64,000 nucleotides of DNA, taken from Candidatus Latescibacterota bacterium (lineage in GTDB: Bacteria; Latescibacterota; UBA2968; GCA-2709665). The DNA lies in NCBI GenBank assembly GCA_965237675.1, contig OZ250150.1, forward strand, positions 3,392,001 through 3,456,000. The letters are read 5' to 3'. Below the pieces are notes generated by a model. It made no database searches and was not told the DNA's origin. It saw only the letters and a program-made list of their open reading frames with translations. Position 1 is the first letter of the stretch, and each line of letters begins with the position of its first letter. The translations under genes were made by a program, and so were the position numbers. Positions 57,988 to 64,000 of this stretch are shown here, piece by piece.

Positions 57988-59031
57988 CTATAGGATTTGA
58001 ACACCGGAATCAGGGTCGTTGACGACTTCCCCGACGATGTAGCCTGTCTCTCTGTTTCGACTCAACTGTTCGATCGCTTCGTCAGCCTGACCGGGAGGGA
58101 CGACAAGCACCAGGCCCAGACCCATGTTGAACACCCGAAACATCTCGTCGGTGCCAATATCGTCGCCGACCTTCCGTAACACGTTGAAAACAGGCAATTC
58201 GGGCCAGGTTCCCCGGAAAATACGTGCGCCCAGCCCATCCGGTAGGGTGCGTGGAAGGTTGTCGATAATACCTCCGCCGGTGATATGGGCCATACCCTTT
58301 ACCGATACGGCCGCTATAAGGGCAAGAACCGTTGAAACGTAACTCGTGTGAGGGGTAAGTAAGGTATCGCCGATTGTGCCGCCGAGTTCGTCTACGTGGG
58401 TGTCGACGGCCCATCCTGCGGTTTCGAAGAAGAGTTTGCGCGCCAGGGCATACCCGTTGGTGTGGAGGCCGCAGGACGGCAGACCGATGAGCTTGTCTCC
58501 CTGTTGCACGCGGGAGCCGTCCAGGATGTCTTCCCGGTCGACAATGCCGACGATCGTACCCGCCAGATCGTATTCGCCGTCGCCGTAGAAATCCGCCATT
58601 TCCGCCATTTCCCCGCCCAGCAGTGCGCATCCGCAGGCTTTGCATCCATTTGCGATTCCCTCAATGACGGCCTCGGCCACGTCGGTGTCGTGCTTTCCCA
58701 TGGCCAGGTAGTCCATAAAAAAGAGGGGGCGCGCGCCCTGTACAAGAATGTCGTTGGCGCAGTGGGCCACCAGATCCGCGCCGACCGTATGGTGGATGCC
58801 CGTCAGAAAAGCGATTTTGAGCTTCGTGCCGACACCATCCGTACCGGCCACCAGTACGGGATCCCGGTACGCCTCCCACGGAGGCGCAAAAAGGCCGCCG
58901 AATCCGCCTATGTCGGTGAGTACTTCCGGGCCGAACGTTGACCGCACCAGGCGTGCGATACCCTTCTTTGTCCGACTGGCGCCGTCAATATCCACGCCTG
59001 CGGCCATGTATGCGTCTGTCATTCCCGTCAT
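57988..59031 (-). CDS. purM: Phosphoribosylformylglycinamidine cyclo-ligase (AIR synthetase)
   Basis: Y..AGVDI, IGGFGG, TDGVGTKL, GLHTNGY, AHITGGG, FNMG. Confidence 0.97.
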   Translation of the reverse strand: MTGMTDAYMAAGVDIDGASRTKKGIARLVRSTFGPEVLTDIGGFGGLFAPPWEAYRDPVLVAGTDGVGTKLKIAFLTGIHHTVGADLVAHCANDILVQGARPLFFMDYLAMGKHDTDVAEAVIEGIANGCKACGCALLGGEMAEMADFYGDGEYDLAGTIVGIVDREDILDGSRVQQGDKLIGLPSCGLHTNGYALARKLFFETAGWAVDTHVDELGGTIGDTLLTPHTSYVSTVLALIAAVSVKGMAHITGGGIIDNLPRTLPDGLGARIFRGTWPELPVFNVLRKVGDDIGTDEMFRVFNMGLGLVLVVPPGQADEAIEQLSRNRETGYIVGEVVNDPDSGVQIL

Positions 59032-59111
59032 CAGATTGCCTTCGGTATGTCAGTTGTGAGATCCAGGGAACGGGACTATCGATTCACATCAGAGACTGGA
59101 GTATTTTCTAG

Positions 59112-60089
59112 CTACCTTACGCTGGCGGCACGGTTCGTGTTGTTCCCGGGGGCAACGCACGATGCGTCGGATGCCGCGACGATTTGTTCAGCGACCCGCG
59201 CGGCACGAACGGCTGATTCAACGTCGTGCACGCGAACAATGTGAGCCCCGGCGGCCACGGAGAAACCGATCGCCGCCAGTGTGCCTTGCAGCCGTGCCTC
59301 CGGCGGCAGATCCGGCGCGGTTCCGATGAATTTCTTGCGAGAGGGGCCGACCAGCAGGGGACGGCCGAGAATATGAAACTCGTCGAGCCGGGCGAGAATT
59401 TCAAAGTTATCGGTATTTCGTTTTCCGAATCCCAGTCCAGGGTCAATCAGAATCCGGTTGGGAGCGATGCCGGCGTCGAGAGCGGTATCCCGTCGCATTT
59501 CGAGAAAACCGAGAATTTCGTGAATCAAGTTGCGATACGTCGGCCTGATTTGCATGGTTCGGGGCGTGCCCTTCATATGCATAAGTACAACCGCGGCCCC
59601 CGTCTGTGCGACGGTTTCGGCCATCAGCGGGTCGAAACGCATCGCGCTTATATCATTCACGACGGATGCGCCCACCTGTATCGCTTTTGCGGCGACCGCC
59701 GCCTTGGTTGTGTCGACGGAGACGATTACGTCTGTTCTCGATGCAATTTCTTCGATCACTGGAGCCGTGCGGCGGATTTCCTCTTCCGTTGAAACGGGAT
59801 GTGCTCCCGGGCCGTACGTCCCGGCCGGACGGGTCGATTCGCCGCCGACGTCGATGATGTCCGCGCCCTCTTCAGCCATCCGAAGCGCGCGTGCAACCGC
59901 CTTTCGAGGCTCGAAATATCGTCCACCGTCGGCAAATGAGTCGGGCGTGACGTTAAGAATCCCCATTATCAGGGTTCGCGCGCCCAGGTGAAGGATCTCG
60001 CTCCGACAATCGAGCCGGCGCGTGGGGGATGCTACGTATCGCATGGAAAATGTGGACATGCAAAAGGGATGGCAAAATGACGCCACCAT
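59112..60089 (-). CDS. folP: Dihydropteroate synthase
   Basis: MGILNVTPDSF.DGG, DVGGESTRP, DPGLGFGK, SRKKF, VRVHDV. True start probably downstream of the ORF start. Confidence 0.97.
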   Translation of the reverse strand: MVASFCHPFCMSTFSMRYVASPTRRLDCRSEILHLGARTLIMGILNVTPDSFADGGRYFEPRKAVARALRMAEEGADIIDVGGESTRPAGTYGPGAHPVSTEEEIRRTAPVIEEIASRTDVIVSVDTTKAAVAAKAIQVGASVVNDISAMRFDPLMAETVAQTGAAVVLMHMKGTPRTMQIRPTYRNLIHEILGFLEMRRDTALDAGIAPNRILIDPGLGFGKRNTDNFEILARLDEFHILGRPLLVGPSRKKFIGTAPDLPPEARLQGTLAAIGFSVAAGAHIVRVHDVESAVRAARVAEQIVAASDASCVAPGNNTNRAASVR

Positions 60090-60122
60090 TTACCATCCCT
60101 CAATGATACTCGAGAACCGCGT

Positions 60123-62264
<2,142 letters not shown>

Positions 62265-62287
62265 AAAAACCGCCTTAACGATAACGC

Positions 62288-63739
62288 TTAAGAGGAGGCG
62301 ACAACGCCTCCCCAACCCCCCTTGAAGGTAACGTCCAGGACCGTTTTCGCCCGTTGCGTGACGGCCATGAACTGAGCGGTACGCAAGCCGACCACCCAGA
62401 GAATCGCCTGGCCGCCCATAAGCATCGGAACTTCGTCACGCAACGGTCTGGGTATCTTGAGGTTGATAAACAGGTCGCTGATTTTCTGTGTCCCATTCAG
62501 GCCAAACGGTCTGAAACGATCCGCACGGCGCCGATTTCTCAGAGACAGACCGTCTGAAGGCGCGTCCCAGTCGAAACAGGCACGAAAAGGATCGGACGAT
62601 CGATCGTGTTTTTGAGCCTGGCAGGCTGCCCGGATCCTCGTCTCAAGAACCGCGCCGATTTCAGGTATTTCGGTAACGCCCGGAACGGTGATGTCGGTCT
62701 GAAACGGCGGGGTTGGTCGACTCAGAATCAGCCACGGGCTAGAACGACGAAAGAAGATACCGGATGACACCTGAACCGCGCCGCCAGGTGCCAGACGCAA
62801 GGTCTCCATGCGACTGACGCTCTTTTCATCAAGCGCCCGCGCGCAGCCATGAAGCCGATAAAAGGCCGTTTTGAAGATCCGGCGCTGAAGTGTTATATGA
62901 TAACCGAAAACGGCCTTTTCATCAAGAATTATTTTTCGCTTACCTTCGTAACGCAGGGCCTTTTGGTACGCCGATTCTGCCAGTTGCCCGAGCAGTTGAT
63001 CCTCCCGCTGGATGATCTCCGCGGACCTGGCAAGAACTGCTTCGATGGCGGGGTTGTAGTCGGTCGCGATCTGCGGCAGTAGTTGATGCCGGATACGGTT
63101 CCGAAGGAAGCGGGTGTCGGCGTTGGTATTGTCGTGGCGTACCTGCAGGTTTCGGTGTTCGATATAAGCCTGTATCTGTTGTCTCGAGACCGCCAGGAGG
63201 GGGCGGATCCAGAGGCCGTCGCGGATCGGACGGATCGCGCCGAGTCCGGTTGGACCGGCACCGCGAATCAGTCGCATCAATACGGTTTCTGCCTGATCGC
63301 TGCGGGTATGGCCCAGGGCGATCCGGGAAGCGCCGGTGACACACAGCACGCTTTTGAGAAATCCGAGGCGCGCGTCTCGCGCCGCCGCTTCAGGAGAGCC
63401 CCGGTCCGGCAAGACCACTCTCTCGGAGAAACACGGCAAATCCATCGAGGTCGCGAGATCCGTCACGAACCGTTGGTCCGCATCCGATGCCGGGCCCCTG
63501 AGTTGATGGTTAACGTGGGCGACATAGAGCGCGATATCGAGAGATTTTCGAAGCCGGAATAGCAGATCCAACAGCGAAACGGAATCCGGGCCTCCCGAAA
63601 CGCCGATAACGATCCCGTCTCCGGGTAAGATCATATCGTGCCGTTCGATATAAGACCGCACGACCTGAAGCAGGTCTGGCCTATCGGAAGTTGATCCGGT
63701 CAGTGATGGCATGGCGGGATCGCCGGAGTGGCGAGTCAT
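62288..63739 (-). CDS. tilS: tRNA(Ile)-lysidine synthetase
   Basis: [41 protein letters not shown], and a TilS C-terminal domain. Confidence 0.96.
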   Translation of the reverse strand: MTRHSGDPAMPSLTGSTSDRPDLLQVVRSYIERHDMILPGDGIVIGVSGGPDSVSLLDLLFRLRKSLDIALYVAHVNHQLRGPASDADQRFVTDLATSMDLPCFSERVVLPDRGSPEAAARDARLGFLKSVLCVTGASRIALGHTRSDQAETVLMRLIRGAGPTGLGAIRPIRDGLWIRPLLAVSRQQIQAYIEHRNLQVRHDNTNADTRFLRNRIRHQLLPQIATDYNPAIEAVLARSAEIIQREDQLLGQLAESAYQKALRYEGKRKIILDEKAVFGYHITLQRRIFKTAFYRLHGCARALDEKSVSRMETLRLAPGGAVQVSSGIFFRRSSPWLILSRPTPPFQTDITVPGVTEIPEIGAVLETRIRAACQAQKHDRSSDPFRACFDWDAPSDGLSLRNRRRADRFRPFGLNGTQKISDLFINLKIPRPLRDEVPMLMGGQAILWVVGLRTAQFMAVTQRAKTVLDVTFKGGWGGVVASS

Positions 63740-64000
63740 GGCATGGTTCCGGACACGCTGCCTTCTGTAGCGGCGGCCCGGCGCGAACGATTTAACCGCT
63801 ATTGTCAGGCGGCGGATTCATGGTCTCCGACGCATCGGGTTTCGAATGGCGCTCCGGCATCTCGATCGTTAGACGCGGTTGAAATCGGTTCGGTTTCCGG
63901 AAAATCCGGATGTGGACGATTGACATGAGCGTTCGGAAGTCTCCTATTCAACGGGCCGCACAGAAAATAGACGTTTCACAACCTCCTTGCAAGGATAGAA

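Overview
Bacterial chromosome segment, about 60-63% GC by eye. It is diderm (OprB porin, TonB receptor) and the gene style is reminiscent of Latescibacterota/Gemmatimonadota-like genomes (inference only). Layout: (1) 1-22.3 kb, a mostly + strand catabolic cluster (GH38-like protein, cysteine hydrolase, enolase-family dehydratase, D-aminoacylase, Ntn acylase, SDR, 3-hydroxyacyl-CoA dehydrogenase, two-subunit CoA transferase, creatininase, FAH, desaturase-fold oxygenase, two tandem uncharacterised paralogues, Zn-ADH). (2) 22.4-32.8 kb, a partly decayed accessory/defence island (GGCT and a degenerate copy, Phd antitoxin with a VapC stub, HsdR stub, ABC-ATPase/TOPRIM protein, double DEDDh exonuclease, MNT-HEPN pair, YhaO/YhaN Mre11-Rad50-like pair). 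(3) 32.9-51.8 kb, mostly - strand transporters, TA genes, amine catabolism and pseudogenes, including an AT-rich promoter-plus-palindrome element at about 36.8 kb. (4) 51.8-64 kb, core genes: nadA, glucuronokinase-like kinase, GalU-like protein, trxA, holA, purM, folP, ftsH, tilS. I saw no rRNA, tRNA, CRISPR array or intact transposase. Best leads are the nuclease/ATPase island, the promoter-hairpin small-RNA candidate, the desaturase plus tandem-paralogue module, the glucuronokinase/GalU-like pair, and several full-length enzymes that lack key catalytic residues. All family calls come from motif recognition, not database searches.
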